Source: Narcine bancroftii (taxonomy: Eukaryota). Taken from it: 64,000 bases of DNA. The stretch spans positions 123,752,001 through 123,816,000 of the forward strand of contig NC_091477.1 of the NCBI RefSeq assembly GCF_036971445.1, read 5' to 3'. A program made the translations under genes and the position numbers. This document shows positions 50,409 through 62,339 of the stretch, one piece after another. Each line of letters begins with the position of its first letter. Within the stretch, counting starts at the first letter, position 1. The notes beneath the pieces are model-generated. The model was not told the DNA's origin. It saw only the letters and a program-made list of their open reading frames with translations, and did not search any database.

Positions 50409-50610
50409 CGCCACCTGGCGTCCGCTGTGGGTATCGTGACCCGGGACCGCCATCTGGCGTCCGCTGCGGGTATTGTGATCCGGGACCGCCACCTGGCGTC
50501 CGCTGCGGGTATTGTGACCCTGGACCGCCACCTGCCGCCCGTTGCGGGTATCGTCGTGACCCGGGACCGCCCCCTGCTGCCCGCTGCGGGTATTGCCGGG
50601 GCCGCCATCC
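50409..50610 (-). repeat. 39-bp CpG-rich tandem repeat (~5 copies), one CTCF-like motif per copy
   Basis: Unit cgccacctggcgtccgctgcgggtatygtgacccgggac; motifs start at 50409, 50448, 50487, 50526 and 50568. Confidence 0.8.
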
Positions 50611-51226
50611 CTGGCTGTGGCCTCCTCCACTAGGGAAAACCAAATTCCCTGGCCCAGTTTCAGTGATGTCAGCTCTTTCTAAAGTCCAGGCTGCTGGATC
50701 TCACCTCCATCACACAGGGTTCAGGCTGATGACCTTTGCTGCATCTGTTCAGTTGTATTTACAGATTGATAATGTTGCTGCCCTCGAGGTTTCCCCAAAG
50801 CCTCTTGAATAATGAAAGGAAGTGTATCTGTGTCACACGGTTTCCGGCAGTAAAGTCCAACACTGCTCCTTCTGTAGCTGAGCACACGGTTCTGATATCC
50901 CAGGATACCTGGGTGCCTCTGAACACCGACTCCTTGAGGCTTTGCCATTGACCTGTCCAGTCTACAATTCCCTGAAACCTCTCTGTATCCTTCCCTCAAT
51001 GCCGGCTGCCTCCCAGATTTCTGTCTGCTGTGCAGATTGTGCTTTCCTTCTTGGTCTTGTCTTTGATGTAAATTGTGAACAGTTGGGTTGCGAGCACCAA
51101 TCTCTGTCCTAATCCTTCCGTTCATCAATCCATGCCGGTACGTTACTAGCCCCTTTCCCTCAATTGAGCTAACTTTAATGGGGGACCTTAGTCATCATGT
51201 TTTGCATGACAGGAGTGATTGTCCAG

Positions 51227-52328
51227 TGTTGTGAACTAATAACCCCTTATTATTAGTTCTAACAAATGAAGAGTAATGGAAAATTCACCAGATAATGGGA
51301 AATTCAAAATGATAAAATTTCCTACTTATCTCTAAATTTAACCCCACTATGCAATTGTAAATGTGTGTTGGTATTAAAGTCCAAAACCATTACAGTTTAA
51401 ACTTGATTCTGAAAAATAATCACTTTTATAAGTCCAGTTTCAAAAGTCTTGTTGACTCCAGGATCCTTTTAATTGCACTTCAGAAGTAATTATGAAGCAC
51501 TTTTAAACATTATATCTTCAGATCTCTTTAAACTTGCATCTCTTGATCTCTCTTTCAGAGAGAATATTCTTTGAATAATACAAGTCCTGTCTTTCCAGGA
51601 GGTCAAGTTTTCTTCTTAAGAGTCACAGAGTTTCCTTCCACGATGAGACTGCGCTCTTTATTTTTCAAAAGAGCAGAAGGAAAGTGGTTTCCCTTTTGGA
51701 ATCCATTTAGTTCTGTATTCCCCTTTTATCAGGAGTAACTCATAACAGCAACCTATTCTGGTCACTGTAATTTAACCGTGTATTTCACAAGGTTCCGACT
51801 CCCATGTGTGTCACAGGGTCTTGACTTCTGAACCGATCCAGAAATGCCTAAATTTGATAATATATTTCTCCAAATTATGTGACATTTACATCATCAATGA
51901 GGTCAACCTCAATTCTTGGAAATCATGTGCTGGAATCCTTAACAGTTTTAGTCTCATTTCTGCAAAGACCACTCCATATCCATAATCTCTGACCTCATCT
52001 CTGTTCCAAGAGGCTTGATGCCAGAAAGTCGAATAAACCTGTTTTTGTTTAAATTGACGGCCTCCCTCACCATTTCTTGAATACTTCAATTTTTAATAAA
52101 GCAAACTCTCCATTGTTCTTAAATAATTAAGAATTGAACTTCAATTCCAATAGCTCTGTCTTTCTAGATGCTGCTACTCCGAAAGATTACCTCTCTTGTA
52201 TGGGTGTGTGTAACCATGGACCAGCCCACAATTCCCTCACTAGAAATCCTCTTAACCCTATAACTTTCTTCACTAAGACATCTTTAGATGAATATAAATT
52301 ATATTAATATTAACGCAGATCCATTACA
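51227..52328 (-). mobile_element. Probable solo LTR in BCL6 intron 1
   Basis: AT-rich block bounded by TGTTGTG...CATTACA; the minus-strand start resembles the 42750 LTR; no clean TSD seen. Confidence 0.55.
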
Positions 52329-53329
52329 CTACCTGAGTCAGTCCCTTTGCCTGTGCTTGGCCCACGACCCTTTCAGCTGTTGCCGATCCACACACCTGTT
52401 ATCTGTTGGTGCGCCCAATTTTATCTTCAAAATTCCTTAGCCGCCCAGTTAATGAATGAATAATTTTGTTTGAAGTGACAGCTGAAGGAGGAATTGCAAC
52501 TTTCTGTGGGCCTTGTAGTGGCAACCTTGGAGAAGATGGAGGGCCTCAGTGCAGCCCTTGGAGAATCCACTCTGGCCCATCTCCTACCCTAAACGGATGT
52601 TTGCAGGGATGGGGTTAGAGCAATACTGCTCTGCCCTGTGTCTGCGGAACAACATCCAGGCTGAGAAACATTTCCAGAACTTGTGGCCTGTATCTCTTTC
52701 CAGATGGTGCAGTCTAATGGGGAGGGCCTCGAGCTCCTGACGATGACAGGCTGTGCTGCCGATCTGAGTCACTCTGAATACAATGTTCACGGAAATGTAA
52801 ACACGATAACATTAGCAGAACTGAGAGAATTTCTCAGAGATGAGAAATGCAGAAAGATTAAATCAGATTGTCTGCCTGCCTTCCAGAAACTGAAAGTACT
52901 TACAGCACAAATTTTTTGTTCGGGGTGGGGGTGCTGGATGAGGAGTCAGTGAATCACTGGGTTTCATGAATCTGTTGTCCCAATTCTATGGTCATCAGGT
53001 GTGTGGTAACCACTGGGGGAGTGAGGAGAGGCAGTAGGCTGAGCTGACCATAGGTAGAACTGTGCAGGAGGTCCGGGCCCCGGAGTGAGTGTGGCCGTGC
53101 CCGTGTGGACACGTGGCCTGATTTTCAATGGATGGGATGTGACTCAGGACCTATGTTCCACCTGCTTTTCATAGTCAGATTCAGGAACAGTTCGATCGAG
53201 TCGGGTTCTGTTCCCTCCGAGGGAGTTTAATTTCAAAGTGAGATTCCTGATTTCAAACTGCAAGTGGTTTTTAAAAAAAAAAAGCCCCAACAGTGAATCA
53301 TTTTTTTCAATTTCCTTTTCTCCTTTCAG

Positions 53330-53361
53330 ATTTCACAACTGGGGGACTGGTGTTTGAATGG
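53330..53361 (+). other. BCL6: BCL6 short exon 2 (5' UTR; ends in ATG G)
   Basis: Long polypyrimidine tract ttttttcaatttccttttctcctttcag and donor GG|gtaagc. 32 nt, in the position of the short mammalian exon 2. Confidence 0.75.
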
Positions 53362-53759
53362 GTAAGCAGATGATTGAACTTTAAATTGTATTTGTCATAC
53401 TTCTGTTATTATCTACAGAAACCCAGTACAAAATGTCCTGGCGACGGGCGATTTTGCAGCAATGGTGATGTGGGGTTTGCTTGGATGAAGTGGAAAGTAA
53501 TGATTGTCTGAAACCTGGGATGTGGTGCAAGGGCCCTTGAGTTTCACTCTGAGATCATGTTGGGGATGGGTGATGTTCTGTTCGGGGCTGGAGATGAGTA
53601 GAGTGGGACAAGGAGCATCTGTGGAGAGATGATGTTCCAGGGCTGACACCTGCTGAAGGGCCACGTTCTTTCTGCATTCAGGCTGTGGCAGTGATTCGAG
53701 GGGCTGAGCTTCACTGTTGTTGCATGGGCATCAGTCTCTGTGTTTGTCTTGCAGGCACA

Positions 53760-53920
53760 ATGACCTCAGTATCAGACAGCTGCATCCAGTTCACCAGACA
53801 TGCTGGTGACGTTCTCTTCAATCTGAACCGCCTTCGATCCCGGGACATTCTCACTGACGTGACCATCCTGGTGGATCGTCAGAAGTTTCAAGCGCACAAA
53901 ACTGTGCTCATGGCGTGCAG
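53760..53920 (+). CDS. BCL6: BCL6 first coding exon (BTB/POZ N-half); acceptor puts exon start at 53755
   Basis: Translates [53 protein letters not shown], near-identical to the BCL6 N-terminus. Acceptor ttgcag, donor AG|gttaga. 161 coding nt, the same as recalled for human. Confidence 0.96.
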
Positions 53921-54445
53921 GTTAGACACCAGCGCGGTGGCGCCATTGCAGGTCAGGCCCCGGGGCGATTGCACTACCGCAGATTGGGCATGAAAGCCTC
54001 CAAACCAATGAAGGTTGGGGAAGCTGCCACCCACATTTGCAAAGGGTTGTGGCCCGGTCTCATGGTTCAGTCAGCACCATGGCTCCACGATCGATGGTTC
54101 ACTCAGGGGCGCCTCACAGCTCGTTTGGCCGGGGCTGACCCTGTTACATCCCGATGCCCTGCGTGGTAGTGGGTTGACGTGGCTGCAGGTTATCCAAGTG
54201 TGTGAGGTTCTGAGTGGCAGGGTGTGGATGAAGAGCAGGTTCCCAACTGGGGGGGCTGACACCTACTGCCAGGTGTCAGAGCAGAGAGGCTGCCGCCACT
54301 CTGGGTCTGGGTCACCATCCTGTCAGCAAGATATAGACCCTAGGGTCCAGTGCAGGGATGGGAAGTCCTGAGGACAACTCCTCTAGTTTGGTCCAGGCCT
54401 TGCATTTAGCCAAACCACTCCATTCCTTATCTCCATCACCAGGGA

Positions 54446-54605
54446 ACTGAGGGATACCCGTGGTCTCTGTTACTGAGGGATACCCGTGGTCTCTGTTACT
54501 GAGGGATACCCGTGGTCTCTGTTACTGAGGGATACCCGTGGTCTCTGTTACTGAGGGATACCCGTGGTCTCTGTTACTGAGGGATACCCGTGGTCTCTGT
54601 TACTG
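54446..54605. repeat. 26-bp tandem repeat x6 in the intron splitting the BTB
   Basis: actgagggatacccgtggtctctgtt, perfect copies. Confidence 0.97.
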
Positions 54606-54710
54606 CTCTTCTGCTCAGCTGGGTTTCCCCTGATAAGGTGCCGTGATTGTGGCAGAAGCCCCCCAGCAGGGACCAGTTGCAGGGTCTGACACCCTGTTTC
54701 CTGGTTGCAG

Positions 54711-54932
54711 TGGCTTATTCTACGTCATCTTCACTGATCGGGTGAAGTTCAGTTTGAACATGGTGACTCTAGACCCTGACGTGGACCCGGAGGGCTTTGG
54801 AACTCTTCTGGATTTCATGTACACCTCTCGCCTCTCTCTGAGAGACAGCAACATCATGGCAGTAATGAACACTGCTCTCTACCTGCAGATGGACCACGTG
54901 GCAGATACCTGCCGCAGGTACCTGCAGTCCAG
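54711..54932 (+). CDS. BCL6: BCL6 BTB C-half exon
   Basis: ttgcag|T GGC TTA TTC; [10 protein letters not shown]...[39 protein letters not shown]; donor ag|gtgagg; 222 nt, phase 2/2. Confidence 0.96.
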
Positions 54933-55217
54933 GTGAGGCAGCAGGCGGGCTGTGCCCTTGTGTCCGATCGGTGGGACGTGGGGTGGAGGTCAACTCCAGT
55001 GAGAGGAGGGAGCCTGGTTGCCGGAGGTGCTTGGGGGTTGTGTGGGGGGGTGGGGCGAGGGGAACAGATCGAGGAAGGTTGACCTGAGCTGTGGGAACTG
55101 GGACAGCAGAGATTAGATGGAGGTGACTGACCAATGAGAGGGGTTTGTGCTTGGGGTGGGAGGGGCGCAGGGATTGGAGGAACGAGGGGGAGGGGTGGTG
55201 GGAGGAGCGTCGTCACA

Positions 55218-56641
55218 TACTGTGTGCTCCAATTTGGGACAAAGACAGTTTTTCCTTTATTTGCTCCTGTGCTCCACAGTTTTAAATTTGTAATTAAACA
55301 ATTCACATGTAATTAAAGAGTAGATTCCAGATTTTATTCAAGGTTATATGGACACATTTTGGTTTGACATTGTAGAAATTACAGCCCTTTTTAAACATGT
55401 TTCAGGGCACCACGTTTGGCACATTTGGCTTCACGGGTGCATGTGAGTACTCTGGTGTGTTTAATTGCTTCATTGGTGCAGGTAGAAGGGAGCTGGGCTG
55501 CTACTAAGCTTTAGATCACCTTTGGAGTCTGTAGTTGTAATTTTTCAACATGGGGACGAGTTGTGCCCAATGAAAGTCAAAGAAGCCGTTATGAGGCTGA
55601 AAATCAAGAATAAAACAATAAGAGACATCGTCGAAACCCTAGGATTACCGAAATCAGGAGTTTGGAACATCATTCAGAAGAAACTGTACAGAAGTGGGTG
55701 TGTCGATGACGACTGACCACAGAAGACTTCATGAACAGAAATACAGAGGCTACACTGCAAGATGCACACCATGAGTTCACCACAGAAACAGGATGGCTAG
55801 ATTACAGTTTGCCAAGAAGTATTTAAAGGAACCTGCAGAATTCTGGAAAAATGTCTTGTGGACAGATGAGAACAAGATTAACCTGTATCAGAGTGATGGC
55901 AAGAGCAAAGTGTGAGGCAAAAGGAACTGCCCAAGGTCCAAAGTAAACCACCTCAACGATGAAACCTGGTGGTGGGGGTGTTCTGGCCTGGGCCATGTCA
56001 GGTTCTGGGACACTTATCTTCATTGATGATATAACTGCTGATTGGAAAATGAACACTGTGTAGAGACATCTTCTTGGATCAAGTTGGAGCAAATGCCTCT
56101 ATACTTATTGGATGGCGCTTCATCCCACAACAAAACAATGATCCCAAACATCCCGCTGAACCAACAAAGGAGATTTTCAAAGCTAAATTCTGGAAAATTC
56201 TTGAATGGCCAAGTCAGTCACCCGATCTAAATCCCATTGAGCAAGCCTTCCCTATGCTGAAGAGAAAACTTAAGGGTCAAGCCCCTGAAACAAGCAGGAG
56301 CTGAAGGTGGCTGCAGTAGGGGGCCTGGCAGAGCATCAACAGAGAAGATGCTCAGCACCTGACAGATGTCAGTCATTGCGTGAAAAGGATATGAAACAAA
56401 GTACTAAACGGGACTATTTTAATATACTCACCATTGCTATATCCCAATCAGGGTGCCCTGCAATGAGGGGACTATGTATAAAAAGTCAAAACCAAAATGT
56501 GTACAAATAACCTTGAATAAAATATGGAGCATGCACTTTAATCATGTGTGAATTGTTTGATTACAAATTTAAAACTGGACCATAGGGGGGGAAAATAAAG
56601 GGATAAATGTCTTTGTCCCAAACATTATGGAAGACACCATA
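55218..56641 (+). mobile_element. Tc1 DNA transposon, decayed, in a BCL6 intron
   Basis: Imperfect TIRs of ~150 bp (tttgggacaaagaca.../...tgtctttgtcccaaa). HTH TIRDIVETLGLPKSGVWNII; WKNVLWTDE; QQNNDPKH; WPSQSPDLNPIE. Confidence 0.92.
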
Positions 56642-56913
56642 GGTGTAGAACAGCAGAGGGTGACATTAACAGCTCCACTGCTCTCCTGGGGGCATTTGGT
56701 GCTGACAGGGTTGGGGGTGGGGTGGAGGGGGGTGGGATCTGAAACACGAACGGCAGGAAGTAGCTCAAGGGCAAGGATTAGACGGGCAAGTCTTGATGAG
56801 ACCGGTACCCCGAACCTTTTGTCAATCCCCACTGACCTGGGTTTGTCAGAGATGACACTGGCAGTTTGACGTTTCCTGCTTCTCGATGCTAATCTTTGTC
56901 TTTTCAATTGTAG

Positions 56914-57879
56914 TGAAGATCTCTGCTCGACCGTCAGTCCGTCTCGACCACAGTTCCTGTCCAGTAACCCCCTGCTACCCCCGGAGATGGTGACCTTTCA
57001 CAAGTCAAGAGGCTCAGAGAACCTGGTGGATTCCTCAGTGTCGGAGGGGAGGTGTGCAGATGCCACAGTGTACAACACAGTGACGGTGACTCCCACCCCT
57101 CATCCCTACCACTTGTATCGGCACTTCCCTGGCAACTACTCAGCGCACCCCTACACACTCGGTGAGTTCCGGGACTCTGGCGTTCCCTGGGCCGCGGTGG
57201 CAGAGTTGCGGAGATTTCAAGCAAACTGTGGGCAGCACGATTGTGAGCCATGTTGTGTCAAGTTGGGCAGCAGGTCTGTCACAGACACCATGTTGAGCAG
57301 CACCGTGTTCGTCCCCCGAGAGCTCAGCAGGGGAGATGAAGGTAAAGATGATTTGCACTACAGTCCCAGCCACAGGACCCAGCCTGTGCCACAGGGAGGC
57401 CAGGGACTCCCTGCCAGCCACCGTGGCTGGAGGACAGAGGAACATCGAGCTCCAAAGGAGGAGGCTGGGGGTCCTGGGGAGTCTAGCCACTTGCCTGTCA
57501 ACCACCATGGTGGCCTTGTAGGACCCCACAGCCCACTGAAGTCTGACTGCCAGCCCAACTCGCCGACTGAATCCAAGAGCAGCAAGAAGGCTTTCCGTTC
57601 ACCCTGTGCAGACTCGCCTCCCACCAAGAGTGTACTTGATGCCAAGCCTTGCAACTGGAAGAAGTACAAGTTCATCGTCCTCAACTCCCTGAACCAGACA
57701 GCCAAAGGGGAGGCTGAGGGTAGGCTGGAGGCAGACAACGGGCCTGCATCAGCCTTCGCTGGGTGTCCCACCCCGTTCCAGGGCTCACCTGAAGCCGAGG
57801 GACTGCCAACTCCCAGTCCCGAGAGGATGGACGTTGATAGTGAAGCTCAGGCCAGTCGACTTAACAGCATAGTCAACAG
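56914..57879 (+). CDS. BCL6: BCL6 central exon (RD2/PEST region)
   Basis: ttgtag|T GAA GAT is in frame with ORF 56987. Contains SPLKSDCQPNSPTES, CNWKKYKFIVLNSLNQ and QASRLNSIVNR. Donor AG|gtaact; 966 nt. Confidence 0.95.
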
Positions 57880-58122
57880 GTAACTGGGATCCTCCACTCA
57901 AACCCCTGGGTCAGGAGAGTCCATGCGGTCTGTCTACATGTCGGAGACCCCCCCCCCCCCCGCCCGGCCTGCGGGTGTGGGTCCCCCTCACTCCCTGTGC
58001 GTGTCAGAGCGACTACCGTACTTCCCTGACAGGGACAGCCCCCTCCCCCTCCATCCCAGCACCTACCCCACCTCCCTCTACACCAGAAGCCCCCACCTCA
58101 CTGATCCTCTCCTTGCTCCAAG

Positions 58123-58295
58123 GTCACCGGCTGACTCTTCACCAGACGAGCATCCCCCCGGGAACGCCTGTCCACGCAAGTGCAGCTCGTGTGACTCAGC
58201 ATCGCCACCACACGTGGATGTGTGTCATCGCTCACCGCACCCACATACTGAGGAGCTGGCTGAGACGCAGTCCGAGCTCTCCGACTCCAGCTCAG
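58123..58295 (+). CDS. BCL6: BCL6 linker exon before the zinc fingers
   Basis: ccaag|G TCA CCG; RSPADSSPDEHPPGNACPRKCSSC...EELAETQSELSDSSS, cf. BCL6 KCTSC...ETQSEYSDSS. Donor G|gtgagg. The acceptor is ambiguous (alternative at 58033). Confidence 0.85.
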
Positions 58296-58724
58296 GTGAG
58301 GGGACGGGCGGGGCGGGAGGAGGGGGTGTTCCAGGTGATGGTGATGAGTTTGAACCAAAGGAACAGTGGGGAGGGCAGAATTGCTCTTCTTGGGCCTCAC
58401 TCCAGGTTGAAGGACAGGTTGCCACCTGCTGTGATCAGGCTCATGAACAGGTCCCATTGGGCTGGCTTTGCAGTGGTTTAACCCAACTCGGTCATGAGGA
58501 GATGTGTGTTGTACTCCCAGCAAATCCTCTCCTTGTTTTCACTACAACCGTTCTGCTCTCACCTCGGGGGTTTTATTTGCATGACCTGTTGTGGTCAGTG
58601 ATAGATTGTCTTGGCTGGATACCACACAAAATCAAGTGTCTTCAAGGGGAAGGGACAAGTGGTTCAAACTCATTCACATTGAGGTTCAGAAATTTGGGCC
58701 AGAGGGTTAGAAGGGGATTCCCCA

Positions 58725-59985
58725 AAGGGGGGGGGGGGTGGGTGCGGGGAGGAGGAAGGGGGAAAAGGGGGTCCTGGGGCGAGAAGGGGCTCCCAGGGAT
58801 GGGGAGAAGGGAGATGAGGGGGGAGAAGGAAGGGTCCTGGTGGAGAAGGGCGTCCCAGGGAGGGGGGGTGAAGGGAGAGAAGGATGGTCCTGGGGAGGGG
58901 GGGTGTCCCAGGGGGAGGAGGGATTGATGGTCCCAGGGAGAGAGGGAAGGGGGTCGGGGGAAGGGGGTCCCAGGGAGGAGGTAGAAGGGAGGAAAGGGAC
59001 TCCTGAGGGGGGAAAGGGGCTCCTGGAGGGAGGAGGGGAAAAGGGGCTCCCAGGGAGGGGGGAGGGTGGGTTGGGTGGTCCCAGTGAGGGGGGGAAGGGG
59101 GTTTCAGGGGGGAGGTGGGGAGAAGGTAGAGCATCCTGGGGGAAGGAAGGGGAGAAGGGGGTTCCAGGGAGGGGGGAGAATGGTGGTCCCAGGGAGAGGG
59201 GGAAGGGGGTCGGGGGGAGAAGGGGAAGAAGGGGGATCACAGGGAGGGGGGAGAAGGAAGGGAAGAGGCTCCTGAGGGTGGAAATGGGCTCCCGGAGGGA
59301 GGAGGGGAAAAGTGGCTCCCAGGGAGGGTGGAGGGTGGGTTGGGGGTTCCCAGGGAGGGGGGGGAAGCGGGTCCCGTGGGGAGGAGGGGAAGAAGGGGGT
59401 CCCGGGGGGTGGAGGGGAAGAAGGGGGTCCCGGGGGGTGGAGGGGAAGGGGGTCCCGGGGGGAGGAGGGGAAGAAGGGGGTCCCGGGGGGAGGAGGGGAA
59501 GAAGGGGGTCCCGGGGGGAGGAGGGGAAGAAGGGGGTCCCGGGGGGAGGAGGGGAAGAAGGGGGTCCCGGGGGGAGGAGGGGAAGGGGGTGCCACGGGGA
59601 GGAGGGGAAGAAGGGGGTCCCAGGGATGGGGAAGAAGGGAGGGATGGGGCTCCCAGAGGGAGGAGGAGGGGAAAAGGGACTCCCAGGGAGGGGGGGGGGG
59701 AGGGTGGGTTGGGGGTCCCAGTGAGGGGAGGAGGAGGGTGGGGAGAAGGAAGGGCATCCTGGGGGAATGAGGGGGAGAAGGGGGTTCAAGGGAGGGGGAT
59801 GAAGGGAGAGAAGGGTGGTCCTGGGGATGGAGTTTGGGGGACCCGGGGGGAGGAGGTGTTCCCAGGGAGGGGAGAGAAGGAAGGGTGTCCTGGGGGGAGG
59901 GGAGAAGGGGGTCCCAAGGAGGGGGGAGAAGGGAGGTAAGGGGGGACCTGGGAGGAGGGGAGAGATGGGAAGGAAGGGGGTCCCA
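58725..59985 (+). repeat. G-rich polypurine degenerate tandem repeat in a BCL6 intron
   Basis: Units like gggggtcccggggggaggaggggaagaa; strong G skew on the sense strand. Confidence 0.95.
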
Positions 59986-60079
59986 TAGGTGGATCTTGGA
60001 GAGTGTGTGGGTATCCCTGGGTTAGGGGTCCCTGTAGGCCCATTGCACCTCGTGCTCTGAGCAGCTGGTGTTCCTGCAG

Positions 60080-60247
60080 AGAACGGCTCGTTCCTGTGCT
60101 GCGAGTGTGAATGTCGCTTCTCAGAGGACGCAGCCCTGAAGCAGCACCTACTGCAGTGTCACAGCGACAAGCCTTACAAATGCGACCGGTGTCAGGCAGC
60201 CTTCCGCTACAAGGGCAACCTCGCCAGTCACAAAACCGTGCACACAG
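60080..60247 (+). CDS. BCL6: BCL6 ZF1-ZF2 exon
   Basis: ctgcag|AG AAC GGC; ENGSFLCCECECRFSEDAALKQHLLQCHSDKPYKCDRCQAAFRYKGNLASHKTVHT; donor G|gtaggc; 168 nt. Not in the ORF track. Confidence 0.96.
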
Positions 60248-60441
60248 GTAGGCAGGACCCCTTGGAGAGGGGTGGGGATTAGGGGGAGGGGATGGAGGGC
60301 TGAGGGTTAGGGACGGAAGGGCCGGGAGGGGTGGGGAGAGAGAAGCCCAGGAATGGGGTGGAGGGGTGACATTGGGTCCAGGTCTGGGATTGGTGCCCCA
60401 CTCTGCAGGTGTTTACAATGGGTGGGTGACCTAAGATTTGA

Positions 60442-60783
<342 letters not shown>

Positions 60784-61324
60784 TGAAAGCCTTCTTCAAT
60801 GAGTTGTCCACCAAGTCAACCCATACATAGAACAGCAAATAAAACTGCAGAGTTGGAGAGAGATCGACTTGAAAACATTCTTTTCCTTGTGTGAGGTTTG
60901 TTTAGGAATCTGCTGATAGCAGGAATGTGATCTCACAGTCATGTGAGGAGAGAGAAGTGGGGCCTGGGCTGGGCAGGGCCCTTGACCTAGGGTGGTTAGT
61001 AGGATGAGTCCTCTGACTCTTCCCTTGTAGAGTGAGGCCGCTTGTCAACAGTCATACATTACTGTTCAGTTTCTGCTCCAGTTCTGTTTGCCTGAAAGAT
61101 TCAGAGATCCCTGACATCAGCAGTGGGATGACAGATCCCACTCTCTTCCTGCTTTCAGAGCCAAACCCAATGAATTTGCCGAAGGATCGAGCAATTGCCC
61201 GTCCAGTTGTAAATCATTGCCGGACATGGACTGTTGGTCAGAGACTACAGAGTCCTTTGTTGGGACCATGACTCCATTCTCTCATCGTTGAGTAGAAAGC
61301 TGGGAAACGAAGTGGAGCAGTCAC

Positions 61325-61970
61325 ATGGAAGAGTTGGTGTGGGAGATGGGAATCTGGGATTCACTTTGAGATTTAACAAGGAGAATTGTGGAGAGAGCAT
61401 TGGCTGGTTGGCAGGAAGCAGAAAGTAGGAATACAGGGATCATATTCTGGTTGGCTGTCAGTTTCTGGTGGTGTCCACACGGGTCGGGGTTGGGGCCACT
61501 TCTTTTTATGTTGTATATTAATGATTTAGATTATTTAAATGTAGACGTACAGCATGGTAACAGGCCATTTTGGCCCACGAGTCTGTGTCACCCAATTATA
61601 CCTAATTAACCTATGCCTCCGGTATGATTTGAAGGGTGGGAGGAAACTGGAGCCCCTGGGGAAAACCCACAGAGACATGGGGAGAACATACAAATTCCTT
61701 ACAGATGGTGTGGGATGCGAAACCCAGTCCTGATTGCTGGCGCTGCGCTAACTGTGCAGCCCCATGGCTTTGTGGTCAAGTTTGCGGATGATACGAAGGT
61801 AGGTGAAGGAGCAGGGAGTGCGGAGGAGACACGGAGGGTACAGAAGGACTTGGACAGATTAGGAGAATGGGCAGAGAAGTGGCCAATGTAATACAATGTC
61901 AGAAAGTGGACGGTCATGCACTTTGGTGGAAAAAAATTAACAGGAAGACTATTTTTGAAATGGGGAGAAC
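61325..61970 (+). mobile_element. CR1 RT fragment interrupted by a V-SINE
   Basis: GSGLGPLLFMLYINDLD | GFVVKFADDTKVG. Confidence 0.85.
61525..61762 (-). mobile_element. V-SINE (HE1-like), near full length
   Basis: V-domain tgtatgttctccccatgtctctgtgggttttcc; CR1-like tail gggccaaaatggcctgttaccatgctgt. Confidence 0.85.
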
Positions 61971-62173
61971 ATTGAAAACTCCTGGTTTCTCCCTCCTGAA
62001 CTCCACAATCAAATCCTTGGTTTGGCTTATGTTGAGTGCAAGGATGTGGTTATGACACCACTCAACTGGTGATCTTCTCACGGGCAGTGAGGATGCTGAA
62101 TGACCAAAGGAACTGCTCACACTAACCTTCCGAGACCCTCATATTTCCAAAACAATATTTATTTATATAGTTG

Positions 62174-62174
<1 letters not shown>

Positions 62175-62241
<67 letters not shown>
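62175..62241. repeat. (TA)n(CA)n microsatellite
   Basis: Direct. Confidence 0.95.
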
Positions 62242-62242
<1 letters not shown>

Positions 62243-62339
62243 GTATAGTTTGTCTGTATGTATGTTATGTCTGGTTGTGTGTCTGTGTGTTTAGCAATGA
62301 GAACTGGAGAATTCTATTTCATTGGGTTGTATTTATTCA

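Larger units (their letters stand above)
47800..50620. promoter_or_regulatory. CpG island: BCL6 promoter and start of intron 1
   Basis: Sharp rise in GC and CpG against CpG-poor flanks. Full CRE TGACGTCA at 47832-47839, GC boxes at 47821-47900, GAS TTCTCAGAA at 47911-47919. Confidence 0.85.

Noticed and set aside
47927-50643. Many overlapping 100-250 aa ORFs
   Set aside because: Expected from stop-codon scarcity in a GC-rich CpG island; no recognisable domains.
58670-60043. Collagen- or extensin-like Gly/Pro-rich ORFs
   Set aside because: Low-complexity intronic G tract between two well-supported BCL6 exons; no sustained Gly-X-Y register.
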